Shown here one piece after another: positions 63,936 through 64,000 of a DNA stretch of 64,000 nucleotides (the first letter of the stretch is position 1; the number at the start of each line of letters is the position of its first letter). Source of the stretch: Myxococcota bacterium (GTDB lineage: Bacteria > Myxococcota_A > SURF-8); assembly GCA_965140415.1 (NCBI GenBank), contig OZ223209.1, forward strand, positions 4,544,001 to 4,608,000, in the 5' to 3' direction. The position numbers and the translations under genes were made by a program. The notes beneath the pieces were generated by a model. That model had not been told where the DNA came from and did not search any database. It saw only the letters and a list, made by a program, of their open reading frames with translations.

Positions 63936-64000
63936 AACACCTCCAGTGGGGAAACGAACGTAAGCTACGTTTGTAGCGAAAAGGCGGGCAAAGATCAAGG

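Overview
Chromosomal window of a moderately GC-rich diderm bacterium. Gene content (long TPR envelope protein, MshEN/HD-GYP/REC/DUF4388 protein, many Cys-rich lipoproteins) points to a Myxococcota/'deltaproteobacterial' lineage (inference). Housekeeping genes: LD-carboxypeptidase plus a serine-hydrolase/Mpl fusion, thiM, thiE, queG, a TrmH-family methyltransferase, pcrA/uvrD, a MoxR-DUF58-transglutaminase operon, a K+ channel and a LysR regulator. The dominant feature is about 12 predicted lipoproteins, 11 with an acidic patch right after the lipidated Cys and most with Asp-Gly-Asp (DGD) tethers. One is a 1273-aa mosaic with DGD pentapeptide arrays, a lamin-tail domain and four 14-Cys modules with defensin-like and LNR-like spacing. 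Other notable items: a GH5-porin-SSS uptake operon, an AsnB + glutamate-cysteine-ligase-like pair, a Leu/Phe/Val dehydrogenase lacking its catalytic Lys, a 50-aa basic protein, an orphan HEPN-motif gene, a tandem DUF1566 lipoprotein with block-wise variation, an intact IS5-family element, and a nonsense-inactivated RAYT transposase with a matching non-autonomous REP doublet. No rRNA, tRNA, CRISPR array or riboswitch was recognised. All calls are by eye from motifs; no searches were run.
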